DNA of 64,000 bases from Methylophaga sp. UBA3192 (GTDB lineage: Bacteria; Pseudomonadota; Gammaproteobacteria; Nitrosococcales; Methylophagaceae): assembly GCF_002363955.1 (NCBI RefSeq), contig NZ_DEXE01000008.1. One strand, given 5' to 3'. Below are positions 26,838-36,181 of the stretch, piece by piece. Below the pieces are notes generated by a model. The model was not told the origin of the DNA. It was given only the letters and a program-made list of their open reading frames with translations, and did no database searches. Numbering within the stretch: the stretch's first letter is position 1; the number at the start of each line of letters is the position of its first letter. Both the position numbers and the translations under genes were made by a program.

Positions 26838-29800
26838 ATGATTAATTTTATTGTACGATTTTCTGTCGAGCGCCGATGGCTGGTGCTTTTATTAACAGTG
26901 CTTATAGCTGGAGTGGGCGCTTACAATGTTTTTCAGCTTAATATTGATGCCGTACCGGATATTACCAATATCCAGGTGCAGATTAATACCGAGGCAGAGG
27001 GGTATTCACCATTAGAGGTTGAACAACGGATTACCTATAGTGTTGAAAATGCGATGGCTGGGTTACCCAATCTGGACTATACCCGTTCGTTATCGCGATA
27101 TGGTTTATCTCAGGTCACGGTGGTGTTTGAAGAAGATACTGATATATATCTCGCCAGGCAGTTGATAAATGAACGTCTTCAAGGTGTTCGCTCTGAGTTA
27201 CCCGCGAAAATAGAACCCCAGATGGGGCCTATAGCAACCGGTCTTGGAGAAGTGTTTACCTACAGTGTCACTGCCAGAGCGGATGCGTTGAAGGCAGATG
27301 GCAAACCTTATTCGGCAGAAGACTTACGTACCATACAGGACTGGATTATCCGGCCCCAATTGGTGAAAGTACCGGGAGTCACCGAAATTAATAGCATTGG
27401 TGGCTATGAGCGTGAATATCAGGTGGCCCCCGATCCTGCTAAATTACTGGCCTACAAGGTCAGCCTGTCCGAGCTGGGTGAGGCATTAATCCGCAACAAC
27501 CAGAACACGGGTGCTGGTTATATCGAACGCAATGGCGAGCAATGGCTGGTACGTTCTCCCGGACAATTATCCTCACTTGAAGATATTCGTAATGTGGTTA
27601 TTACCAAACGTGATGACACACCGATTCGGGTGGCGGATGTGGCCAAGGTATTTTATGGAAAACAGTTGCGTACTGGCGCAGCCACCCGGGATGGTAAGGA
27701 AACAGTGTTAGGCACGGCTTTTATGTTGATCGGCGAAAACAGTCGAGTGGTCGCGAAAGCGGTTGCCGAGCGATTGGAACAGGTGAACCAGAGTTTGCCC
27801 GAAGGTATCCTGGCTGAAGCGGTTTACGACCGAACCACACTTGTGGAAAGAACCCTTAAAACGGTGCAGAAAAACTTGTTTGAGGGCGCTTTACTGGTTG
27901 TCGTGGTGTTGTTTTTAATGTTGGGCAATATTCGGGCAGCACTGATAACCGCCTTGGTTATACCGTTAAGCATGTTATTTGCCGTTACCGGCATGGTAAG
28001 CAATCGGGTATCGGGAAATTTGATGAGCCTGGGAGCGATTGATTTTGGTCTGATTGTTGATGGTGCCGTCATTGTCGTGGAAAACGCTTTGCGACGACTG
28101 GGTCTTGCGCAACAGCGTCTGGGCCGGATGTTAAGTGTGCAGGAACGTTTGGCAGAGGTAATTGAAAGCACGCGTGAAGTCTTTAATCCGGCGGTATTTG
28201 GCATGTTCATTATCATGCTGGTGTATCTGCCGATTTTTGCACTGAGTGGTGTTGAGGGGAAAATGTTCCACCCCATGGCGTTTACAGTGGTGGCGGCATT
28301 AATCGGTGCTTTGGTGTTTGCCGTGACCTTTGTCCCTGCCGCGGTGGCCATTTTGATTACAGGCAAAGTTGCCGAGCGTGAAAACCTCCTCATGCGAATG
28401 GCTCGCTGGATTTACCGTCCGGTGTTAAGTCTGTCTTTGCGTCTGCCCATTTTAATCGTGGTATTGGCGACGCTGATGGTCAGTATCACGGTTTATTATG
28501 GTTCGCGTTTAGGCAGCGAGTTTCTGCCACAACTTGATGAAGGGGATATTGCGCTGCATGCCTTACGGGTTACCGGCACGGGGCTTGAACAATCGGTGGC
28601 GATGCAAAACCAGCTGGAGTCAGTAATTGCGGAGTTTCCACAGGTTAAGCATGTTTATTCAAAAATTGGTACGCCGGATATTGCTACCGATCCGATGCCA
28701 CCGAGTGTTGCCGATACATTTGTGATTATGCAACCCATCGAGCAATGGCCTGATCCTCAATTGAGCAAAGCGGAATTCCTGTCAAAATTACGCGACAGTG
28801 TTGAAGCGGTGCCGGGAAATCTTTATGAATTTACCCAACCGATTGAAATGCGTTTCAATGAATTGATTGCTGGCGTGCGTGCAGACGTTGCCCTGAGGAT
28901 ATATGGCGATAATCTGGATACGCTTTACCAACTGGGGGAACGAGCTGAGCAACTGTTGTCAGAAGTTGCTGGTGCCACAGATGTCAGAATGGAACAACTT
29001 ACCGGTTTGCCGATGTTGTCGATTGAGCCGCAGCGTGATCATCTTGCGTTATTAGGGTTGGATATAGCCAGTTTGCAACAAAATATTCAGACTGCGATTG
29101 GTGGTACATCTGCCGGGCTGATTTATGAAGGTGATAAACGCTTCCGCATTGTTGTTCGTCTGGACGATGAGATACGTAAAAATCCACAGTTGCTGGCAAA
29201 ATTACCCATTGCTTTGCCGGATAGCGATGATCCGGAACTGTCGTATGTTCCACTGGGTGAAATTGCTGATATTCATGAAATCAGTGGTCCCAATCAGATA
29301 AATCGTGAAAGCGGTAAAAGACATGTGATTGTCAGTGCCAATGTGGTCGACAGAGATTTGGGATCATTTATCGCTGATGTTCAGCAGAACGCACAACAAC
29401 TTGATTTGCCCGCCGGGTATTGGCTGGAATACGGCGGCACATTTGAACAATTGCAGTCAGCCAGTAAGCGTCTGATGGTTGTGGTACCTGTGACGCTATT
29501 ACTGATTCTGCTGTTATTGTTCAGTGTCTTTAATTCACTGCGAGATGCGTTATTGATCTTTACCGGTGTGCCAATGGCCTTAACCGGCGGCTTGATTGCA
29601 TTAATGCTGCGGGATATGCCGTTATCCATATCTGCGGCGGTGGGATTTATTGCTTTATCAGGCATCGCGGTATTAAACGGTGTGGTGATGTTGACGTTTA
29701 TACGACAGTTGCGTGAACAGGGCTTAGCGCTTATGGAATCGGTTTTTCAGGGAGCGATGCAGCGATTACGACCGGTAATGATGACGGCCTTGGTGGCAGG

Positions 29801-29960
29801 TTTAGGTTTTCTGCCGATGGCTTTGAATACGGGGACCGGTGCAGAAGTACAACGACCATTAGCCACGGTGGTGGTTGGCGGCATTGTCTCATCAACGTTA
29901 TTAACGCTATTAGTGTTGCCTGCTTTGTACCTCCTGGCCTATCGGTTCAAAACCAGGTAG
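26838..29960 (+). CDS. czcA: Heavy-metal efflux RND pump (CzcA/CusA family)
   Basis: ATG 26838 follows GGAG. About 1040 aa with 12 TM segments. AIDFGLIVDGAVIVVEN motif typical of the HME-RND family. Confidence 0.93.
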   Translation: MINFIVRFSVERRWLVLLLTVLIAGVGAYNVFQLNIDAVPDITNIQVQINTEAEGYSPLEVEQRITYSVENAMAGLPNLDYTRSLSRYGLSQVTVVFEEDTDIYLARQLINERLQGVRSELPAKIEPQMGPIATGLGEVFTYSVTARADALKADGKPYSAEDLRTIQDWIIRPQLVKVPGVTEINSIGGYEREYQVAPDPAKLLAYKVSLSELGEALIRNNQNTGAGYIERNGEQWLVRSPGQLSSLEDIRNVVITKRDDTPIRVADVAKVFYGKQLRTGAATRDGKETVLGTAFMLIGENSRVVAKAVAERLEQVNQSLPEGILAEAVYDRTTLVERTLKTVQKNLFEGALLVVVVLFLMLGNIRAALITALVIPLSMLFAVTGMVSNRVSGNLMSLGAIDFGLIVDGAVIVVENALRRLGLAQQRLGRMLSVQERLAEVIESTREVFNPAVFGMFIIMLVYLPIFALSGVEGKMFHPMAFTVVAALIGALVFAVTFVPAAVAILITGKVAERENLLMRMARWIYRPVLSLSLRLPILIVVLATLMVSITVYYGSRLGSEFLPQLDEGDIALHALRVTGTGLEQSVAMQNQLESVIAEFPQVKHVYSKIGTPDIATDPMPPSVADTFVIMQPIEQWPDPQLSKAEFLSKLRDSVEAVPGNLYEFTQPIEMRFNELIAGVRADVALRIYGDNLDTLYQLGERAEQLLSEVAGATDVRMEQLTGLPMLSIEPQRDHLALLGLDIASLQQNIQTAIGGTSAGLIYEGDKRFRIVVRLDDEIRKNPQLLAKLPIALPDSDDPELSYVPLGEIADIHEISGPNQINRESGKRHVIVSANVVDRDLGSFIADVQQNAQQLDLPAGYWLEYGGTFEQLQSASKRLMVVVPVTLLLILLLLFSVFNSLRDALLIFTGVPMALTGGLIALMLRDMPLSISAAVGFIALSGIAVLNGVVMLTFIRQLREQGLALMESVFQGAMQRLRPVMMTALVAGLGFLPMALNTGTGAEVQRPLATVVVGGIVSSTLLTLLVLPALYLLAYRFKTR

Positions 29961-29970
29961 AGCAGAAATG

Positions 29971-29996
29971 AAAAAGCCGGGTAACCCCGGCTTTTT
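29971..29996. terminator. Bidirectional terminator between czcA and the DUF4168 gene
   Basis: AAAAA, GCCGGG, a 4-nt loop (TAAC), then CCCGGC and TTTTT. Confidence 0.65.
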
Positions 29997-30021
29997 CACA
30001 ATAGATGACGCTAAAACAACC

Positions 30022-30411
30022 TTAGTTCAGCATGGATTGCACTTTATCACGCAATTCAGGATCGCTTTGAATAGCCAATGCAATATTGCTGTAAGTTTCA
30101 ACATCTAAGCCCGTTTCCTGAACGGTCTGAACCATTTTCTGGCTCGCTTCTTGTTGTAACTGAGCTGCTTGATCTGGATCTTCTGTGCTTTCCAGACGAC
30201 CAGAATATTCGCTGCGGATTCCTTCAAGATCATCCTGTACATCAGCAAATTTTTGCAGATCTGCATCACTGAAATCAGCAGCTGGAGCAGTTTCAGGCAT
30301 AGGCGCTTGAGGTGTAGCCTGCTCCGGTGAGCCGTACCCCTGTTCTGCCATCGCAGAACTACTTAGACCTAATGCCATTAAGATTGAAACTAACGTAGCT
30401 GTTTTTTTCAT
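30022..30411 (-). CDS. Periplasmic DUF4168 protein
   Basis: Signal peptide ...SSSAMA/EQ. DLQKFADVQDDLEGIRSEY...LQQEASQKMVQTVQETGLDVETYSNIALAIQSDPELRDKVQ matches the DUF4168 pattern. Confidence 0.75.
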   Translation of the reverse strand: MKKTATLVSILMALGLSSSAMAEQGYGSPEQATPQAPMPETAPAADFSDADLQKFADVQDDLEGIRSEYSGRLESTEDPDQAAQLQQEASQKMVQTVQETGLDVETYSNIALAIQSDPELRDKVQSMLN

Positions 30412-30451
30412 GGTGTTTTCCTTTATTGGTTGTGAAACACACTGTGACCAC

Positions 30452-30467
30452 TGCGAGTTCTATGCCA
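30452..30467 (-). promoter_or_regulatory. Sigma-54 (-24/-12) promoter for the DUF4168 gene
   Basis: Minus strand reads TGGCATAGAACTCGCA, with GG and GC separated by exactly 10 nt. It lies about 40 nt upstream of the ATG at 30411. A sigma-54-dependent activator is encoded divergently. Confidence 0.5.
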
Positions 30468-30561
30468 GAACGAACTTAAAAATTAAGTGTATGATTTTAA
30501 ATATATTTATTTTTTTTCATAGTGCCTGATGAACAGAGAGTTCTCTTGACCGGTGCCATAA

Positions 30562-30588
30562 CATGTGTCATTTTGGCTCATGTGTCAT
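30562..30588. promoter_or_regulatory. Direct repeat CATGTGTCAT x2 (17-bp period) in the divergent intergenic region; candidate activator site
   Basis: Exact 10-mers at 30562-30571 and 30579-30588. Confidence 0.3.
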
Positions 30589-30615
30589 AAAGCCATCCAT
30601 TGAGAGGCATTAACA

Positions 30616-32073
30616 ATGCGATTTCCCTCAATTTTCAACAACCTGCGTTTAGTGTTGATTATGCAGGTTGCTTTACCAGTACTCATCGTATTGGCCGTTA
30701 TTCTGGTGATAGGTTTATCCATGGTGGGCCAGTTTATTGAAGAACGGATGCAACGGGATTTGCAACAAGTCGCCAGAACAATTCATCTGCCGGTGTCGCA
30801 AGCTTTGGAGCGGCAGGATCTGGATCAGCTTCAAAACAGTATGGCTTCGGTATTTGGAATAACCGAAGTGTATGGTGCGTACCTATTTGATGCTGAAGGA
30901 AAACGCTTAAGCAGCTTTGGTGTGGTGAATCCCACTCAGGAACAGGCTACCGATGCACTTGAACAGATTGTGCAGGGTGAGTTTGCACAGTATGAACGGA
31001 TTCGTGGTCGCCATGTGTATTCCTTTTTTATGCCGTTATTTGATGCCACCGGTCAGCCAAATGGATTGCTGCAAGTGACCCGGCGACGCAGTGATATTGA
31101 TCGCGAATTGACCGAATTAAAATATTGGGCCTGGGGTGGCTTTGGTTTGGTTTCTTTAATTATTTTAGGGGTCATCAGCTATTCGCATCAGCGGGCGATC
31201 GAAACGCCACTGCAACGATTGGTTGAGAGTATGCGACGGGTCAGTCGAGGTGATCGTCATCATCGGGCAGCAGAACGAGGACCTATTGAAATCAGCCAAC
31301 TGGCTAAGGGACTCAATGGAATGCTGGATGCGATTGAACAGGCAGAAAACAGTGAGGCTCAACAGCGATCTGCCCGGGAAAAAATGGCTGAAAGACTGCG
31401 ACAGACTGAAACGATGGCTGCGCTGGGACAATTATCTGCAGGCGTCGCACATGAACTCGGTGCGCCGTTAACCGTAGTCGATGGACGGGCCAATCGTTTA
31501 TTAAGACGTATGGAGAATGAAAAAGACATTGCTGAATTAAATGAAATACGCCAGCAAGCGGCCAGAATGACCTCGATTATTCAGCAATTACTCAGCTTTG
31601 GTCGTTCATCTCGTGCACAAATGCGCGATTTGGATGTGACTTCATTGATCGAAAGATCTGAATCCCTGTTAGCTGACCAGGGTTATCGAATCAGTCTTAT
31701 CAAAGGACCGCAGGCTAAAATTAATGGCGATTCGTTAAGTCTGGAACAAGCCTTAATCAATTTATTACGTAATGCCTGTCAGGCTTGTCCTGAGGGGCCG
31801 GTTGAACTCTCCTGGCAAAAGGATGGACAACTTCATATTCATATTGATGATGCCGGGTCAGGCATAACCGATGATCAGCAGAATCAGGTATTTGAGCCTT
31901 TTGTCACAACTAAAGCTCCGGGGGAAGGCAGCGGTCTGGGCCTGGCAATTGTGCAGAGAATAATGCGTGAGCATCAGGGAGAAGTGAAATTAAGCAACAG
32001 TCCGCTGGGCGGCGCGCGATTCACGCTGATTTTACCCTTAAACCCATCTAACGATTCTGGACCAACAGCATGA
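30616..32073 (+). CDS. Membrane sensor histidine kinase (NtrB/ZraS-like)
   Basis: 485 aa with two TM segments flanking a periplasmic domain. H-box GVAHELGAPL and the DDAGSGI and GSGLGLAIV ATPase motifs. Confidence 0.85.
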   Translation: MRFPSIFNNLRLVLIMQVALPVLIVLAVILVIGLSMVGQFIEERMQRDLQQVARTIHLPVSQALERQDLDQLQNSMASVFGITEVYGAYLFDAEGKRLSSFGVVNPTQEQATDALEQIVQGEFAQYERIRGRHVYSFFMPLFDATGQPNGLLQVTRRRSDIDRELTELKYWAWGGFGLVSLIILGVISYSHQRAIETPLQRLVESMRRVSRGDRHHRAAERGPIEISQLAKGLNGMLDAIEQAENSEAQQRSAREKMAERLRQTETMAALGQLSAGVAHELGAPLTVVDGRANRLLRRMENEKDIAELNEIRQQAARMTSIIQQLLSFGRSSRAQMRDLDVTSLIERSESLLADQGYRISLIKGPQAKINGDSLSLEQALINLLRNACQACPEGPVELSWQKDGQLHIHIDDAGSGITDDQQNQVFEPFVTTKAPGEGSGLGLAIVQRIMREHQGEVKLSNSPLGGARFTLILPLNPSNDSGPTA

Positions 32074-33500
32074 AGATGAAGCAGAACAAAAACTTACCAA
32101 TCCTGTTAATTGAAGATGACCAGGCATTGGCAAGACTGATTAGTGATGAACTGGAAGCGGAAGGTTGGAGTCTGGCAGTTCATCACCAGGTTCAATCCGC
32201 TATTGACTGGCTTAATATCAACCAGCCTGCATTGATTGTCACCGATCTGCGGCTACCTGATGGCGATGGCATGAACGTGGTTGAACAGGTGGTCAGGCAT
32301 TGGCCGGAAGAACAGCGACCAGGACTGATTGTGATTACCGCATTTGGCAGTGTACGCCAGGCAGTTCAGGCGTTGCAGGCGGGGGCGGATGATTTTCTTA
32401 CCAAGCCTTTGGATTTAGAGCATTTTCTGCTGGCGGTTGAACGTGTGGTGGCGACACGTAAATTGCATGATGAATTATTTCAGTTTCGCAAACTTAACCG
32501 TCAACCCAGTTTTCATCAGATGTTTGGTCGCAGCGAAGCGATGCGTAATCTGTTTGAACAGATTAAAGTGATTGGCCGTGCGCAAGGTCCGGTGCTGATT
32601 AACGGCGAAAGTGGAACGGGCAAAGAGCTGGTTGCCAAAGCTCTGCATGCTGAAAGTGATCGTGCCGACGGGCCTTTTTTAGCGGTTAACTGTGCGGGTA
32701 TTCCGCAGGAATTGTTAGAAAGCGAATTTTTTGGCCATTCAGCGGGCTCATTTACCGGCGCCAAGAAATCCCGTAAAGGCCTGTTGCAGGAAGCCAATGG
32801 CGGGAGTTTGTTACTGGACGAAATTGGTGAAATGCCAATGGCATTACAGGCAAAACTGTTGCGGGCTTTGCAGGATGGCTCAATTCGCCCGGTGGGGCAG
32901 GATACTGAGGAGAAAGTGGATGTTCGAATCATCGCCGCAACCCATCGTGATTTAAAACAAAAAGTGGTTGAAGGCAGTTTCCGCGAGGATCTGTTTTATC
33001 GTCTGGAAACCTTTGCTTTGTCGGTTCCACCTCTGCGGGATCGTGAAGAAGACAGGGAAATTCTGGCCCAACAGTTTTTACAGCAATTAGAGGTAACACA
33101 AGGTCGAAACATTAAAGGTTTCAGTGACAAAGCTTTGGAGATCATTCGTCAGTATGCTTTTCCGGGGAATGTCAGAGAATTGCAGAATGTAGTGGAAAGA
33201 GCGTTTGCTTTCTGTACGGAAGACTGGGTGCAGCCACAACATTTACCGGCAAGACTACTGGAAAATCAATCTGCAACTGCGCCGTCAGTGACAAACCCGG
33301 TGGATGATCCGCGAAACGAAACATTATTGTCGGGCGCCGTTTTACCTACTCTGGAACAGCTGCAAAAACGGTATGTCCGCATGGTATTACAAGAAGCCGA
33401 TGGTAATAAACGCCGCGCTGCGGCGTTACTGGGTATTGGCCGCCGTACTTTATATCGTTGGCTGGATGAGGAAAGTGACGAAACGGAAGAGTCAGCTTAA
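32070..33500 (+). CDS. Sigma-54-dependent response regulator (NtrC/ZraR family)
   Basis: REC domain (DLRLPDGDG), AAA+ domain (GESGTGKE, ESEFFGH, GSLLLDEI) and a C-terminal Fis-type HTH (RRAAALLGIGRRTLYRWL). Confidence 0.92.
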   Translation: MKMKQNKNLPILLIEDDQALARLISDELEAEGWSLAVHHQVQSAIDWLNINQPALIVTDLRLPDGDGMNVVEQVVRHWPEEQRPGLIVITAFGSVRQAVQALQAGADDFLTKPLDLEHFLLAVERVVATRKLHDELFQFRKLNRQPSFHQMFGRSEAMRNLFEQIKVIGRAQGPVLINGESGTGKELVAKALHAESDRADGPFLAVNCAGIPQELLESEFFGHSAGSFTGAKKSRKGLLQEANGGSLLLDEIGEMPMALQAKLLRALQDGSIRPVGQDTEEKVDVRIIAATHRDLKQKVVEGSFREDLFYRLETFALSVPPLRDREEDREILAQQFLQQLEVTQGRNIKGFSDKALEIIRQYAFPGNVRELQNVVERAFAFCTEDWVQPQHLPARLLENQSATAPSVTNPVDDPRNETLLSGAVLPTLEQLQKRYVRMVLQEADGNKRRAAALLGIGRRTLYRWLDEESDETEESA

Positions 33501-34636
33501 TCCTTGGAAATATAACCCCATTTGTCGCGGATTTTTATCGCGGCCAAACCCTCATTAAACGGATGGGCGTGCTCAAACTGTGGTTCGATCACGACGTCAC
33601 CCTGCCGGTTGATAAAGCCATATTGTCGGTAGTTATGGGTGATAACGGCCAATCCATTTGAAAATGAATAGGCCCAGACATATTCCGGTGCAATTTCCAT
33701 CTTGCCAGCAGTATTGATATAACCCACCTTGGCGTTTTTTTCCACTCTGGAAAGTCCTTCACTGAAATTCCAGGCATCATCAAAATAGGGTTTAATAACA
33801 ATTTCACCGCTACGATTAATAAAACCGTAAAGTCCATTCTGTTTGATGACCGCAAAACCTTCGCCAAACGCTTTGGCTTCTTCAAACTGTGCGTTTATCA
33901 GCCAGTCTCCGTTTTTATCGATGTAGCCCCATTTCCCGTTGTCCAACACCGCAGCAAACCCTTCACGAAATACTCTGACCTGAGAAAACTGCATATCAAT
34001 CAGCAGCTTGCCTTCATTATCAATATAACCCCATTTTTCATCAATTCTGACAGCGGCACGTTGTTCGCTGAAGATATGAATTTCATCAAATTGTGCCGCA
34101 ATGACCTCTTGCCCCTGGTTATTCAGGTAACCCCATTTCCCATCTTGCTGAAAGGCGGCCAATCCCTCGGAAAATACGCCGACTTTGTCATAATGAGCTG
34201 GAATCATTTCCTCTCCGGCATCATTAAGAAATCCCCATTTACCGTCTTTGATAAAGGCGGCATATCCCTGTTTGAAGGATTGAATTCTGGGATAAGTTGG
34301 CTGCAGAATGATACGTCCATCACGATCAACGACGCCCCACAAGCTATCTTTCCGGTAGGCAGTCACGCCACTGTCTAAATCATTGATTTCATCGGCAGTG
34401 AAAAGAATGTCACCATCAGAATTGATCATGGCAAATTGTGCTCGTCCCTGATTGGCAATCATTACCGCCGCACGGCCATTTTTAAAACTGCCGGCATCAT
34501 CAAATATCAGATCAATCTTCAGATTTTCAACATAAGCCATGGTAGGCTGAAAGGCATAACTGGCAGTGACGCCGGTAAACATCAATGTCAGCGCTGACAG
34601 TATATATCCCAATGTTATATAACGATTTTGGTACAT
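33497..34636 (-). CDS. Secreted WG-repeat (KWG) protein
   Basis: About 9 repeats of the x-GKWGYI/L-D/N-x-x-G type. Start set at ATG 34636 with AGGTGA upstream. Confidence 0.75.
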   Translation of the reverse strand: MYQNRYITLGYILSALTLMFTGVTASYAFQPTMAYVENLKIDLIFDDAGSFKNGRAAVMIANQGRAQFAMINSDGDILFTADEINDLDSGVTAYRKDSLWGVVDRDGRIILQPTYPRIQSFKQGYAAFIKDGKWGFLNDAGEEMIPAHYDKVGVFSEGLAAFQQDGKWGYLNNQGQEVIAAQFDEIHIFSEQRAAVRIDEKWGYIDNEGKLLIDMQFSQVRVFREGFAAVLDNGKWGYIDKNGDWLINAQFEEAKAFGEGFAVIKQNGLYGFINRSGEIVIKPYFDDAWNFSEGLSRVEKNAKVGYINTAGKMEIAPEYVWAYSFSNGLAVITHNYRQYGFINRQGDVVIEPQFEHAHPFNEGLAAIKIRDKWGYISKD

Positions 34637-34785
34637 AACCACAATCACCTTTGACGTGTTAATTCAATCATAAGTCTGTTCCCGCGATGGTGAAAATATC
34701 GTGAAAACTTATTTTGGGAAAAATCGCTCTGGAAGCCGCACAGGAGCTTGGGTAATAGTGAATTAACAATGTTGATGGAGAAACT

Positions 34786-35190
34786 ATGGAAAAGGACGAA
34801 GATACCTATAGTGCGCTGAAAATAATGGCTGAAACCATTGATCTGAGTTCACGCAATGATAACGATGAGATTATTGGTCTTGAATACTATGTTAATTTTA
34901 ATGTGTTGACCGAGGATGAGCTGGGCGAACTGATTCAGCTTTGGGAGCAAAAATTAGTCACCTGTCAAAAAGAAAAACTGGCTTCACAATTTATGGTGGT
35001 TCAGGTGTTTGGCCTAATCAGTCTGGCAATGTTTATAGCCTGGTTGTCCGGAGGCATTGCCGGAGCGATTGCCAGTATCGTCGGTGTGATTGGCATGATC
35101 GCGATGATTGAAGACAAGCGTGTTCAAAAAGCCAAACGGAATCTGAGCGATGCAGAAAAGGTCTGCAATAAACTTCGTTTCCATGCGTAG
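34786..35190 (+). CDS. Hypothetical protein with C-terminal glycine-zipper-like TM segment
   Basis: ORF only. Contains FGLISLAMFIAWLSGGIAGAIASIVGVIGMIAMI. Confidence 0.45.
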   Translation: MEKDEDTYSALKIMAETIDLSSRNDNDEIIGLEYYVNFNVLTEDELGELIQLWEQKLVTCQKEKLASQFMVVQVFGLISLAMFIAWLSGGIAGAIASIVGVIGMIAMIEDKRVQKAKRNLSDAEKVCNKLRFHA

Positions 35191-35259
35191 CGATCCGATT
35201 AAAGGAACCTCTGACGGGCTGATTCAGTCTGGATAGGCGGTTAACTTCAGGAATAGTGT

Positions 35260-36123
35260 GTGCTTCGCCAATTTACTAAAACCTTATTAGGTAGTCTGTC
35301 AGCACTCTCATTCAGCGCCTGTGCACCGGTGACGATGTTAAATGCAATGGTGCCAGAGTCAGGTTATCAACATCAGGCTGATATCATTTATGGCGATCAT
35401 GAACGGCTCAAACTGGATATTTATCAGCCAGTCGGCTTGATGGATACTCAAAACCCCGCTACGGTCGTTTTCTTTTATGGAGGTGGCTGGGAGGCCGGGG
35501 AAAAAGCAGACTATAAATTTGTGGCAGAAGCGCTCACATCGCAGGGCATTATCGTGGTTATTCCAGATTATCGGGTCTTCCCTGAAGTGCTGTTTCCGGT
35601 ATTTATTGAGGATGCTGCCAAGGCTGTCGCCTGGACTATAAAGCATATTGCTGAGTTTGGAGGAGATCCCGACCAGCTGTTTATCGGCGGGCATTCGGCA
35701 GGGGCACATATTGCGGCGATGTTATCCGTTAATCCAGAATATTTACAGCAAGTTGGTCTTCAGCCCCGGCAACTACGTGGCATGTTTGGTCTGGCCGGCC
35801 CCTATGATTTTTTACCGTTAAAAAGTAATACGTTAAAGCAGATCTTTGGTGATGATGCCAGTCAATGGCAAAGTCAGCCGGTCAATTTCATCCGCGAAGA
35901 TCATCCACCGACATTACTGCTGGTGGGCAAAAATGATCGTACGGTGCTGCCACGTAACAGTTATCGGCTGGCTGAGAAGCTGAAAAAACATGGCAATTCA
36001 GTCGAATTGGTCGAGTTTAACAATTACGGTCATGTCGCGATGGTTGCCAAACTGGCAAAACCGTTGCGTGGCGATGGGGCGCTACTTAGGCCTATCGTCA
36101 ACTTTGTTGAGAAGCATCGGTGA
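35260..36123 (+). CDS. Alpha/beta hydrolase (Abhydrolase_3-type esterase), probable lipoprotein
   Basis: FFYGGGW oxyanion motif, GGHSAGAH nucleophile elbow, lipobox FSAC and a GTG start. Confidence 0.8.
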   Translation: MLRQFTKTLLGSLSALSFSACAPVTMLNAMVPESGYQHQADIIYGDHERLKLDIYQPVGLMDTQNPATVVFFYGGGWEAGEKADYKFVAEALTSQGIIVVIPDYRVFPEVLFPVFIEDAAKAVAWTIKHIAEFGGDPDQLFIGGHSAGAHIAAMLSVNPEYLQQVGLQPRQLRGMFGLAGPYDFLPLKSNTLKQIFGDDASQWQSQPVNFIREDHPPTLLLVGKNDRTVLPRNSYRLAEKLKKHGNSVELVEFNNYGHVAMVAKLAKPLRGDGALLRPIVNFVEKHR

Positions 36124-36181
36124 CAGCGTTGTTAATTTTCCACCTTCACAACGGAGGGCGGCTATGAAAGAGCAACAGAAA

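Noticed and set aside
27824-28393. 189-aa minus-strand ORF inside czcA
   Set aside because: It lies entirely antisense to a strongly supported RND pump gene, and its translation is compositionally biased (Ala/Thr/Arg/Pro). The same reasoning applies to 4430..4870+, 10946..11308-, 32516..32932-, 36287..36667+, 60505..60903- and the other nested track ORFs.
30551-30557. Second sigma-54 promoter from a TGGCAC on the minus strand
   Set aside because: There is no GC dinucleotide at the required 10-nt spacing downstream of the GG. It is also too far upstream to add anything beyond the well-spaced element at 30452-30467.
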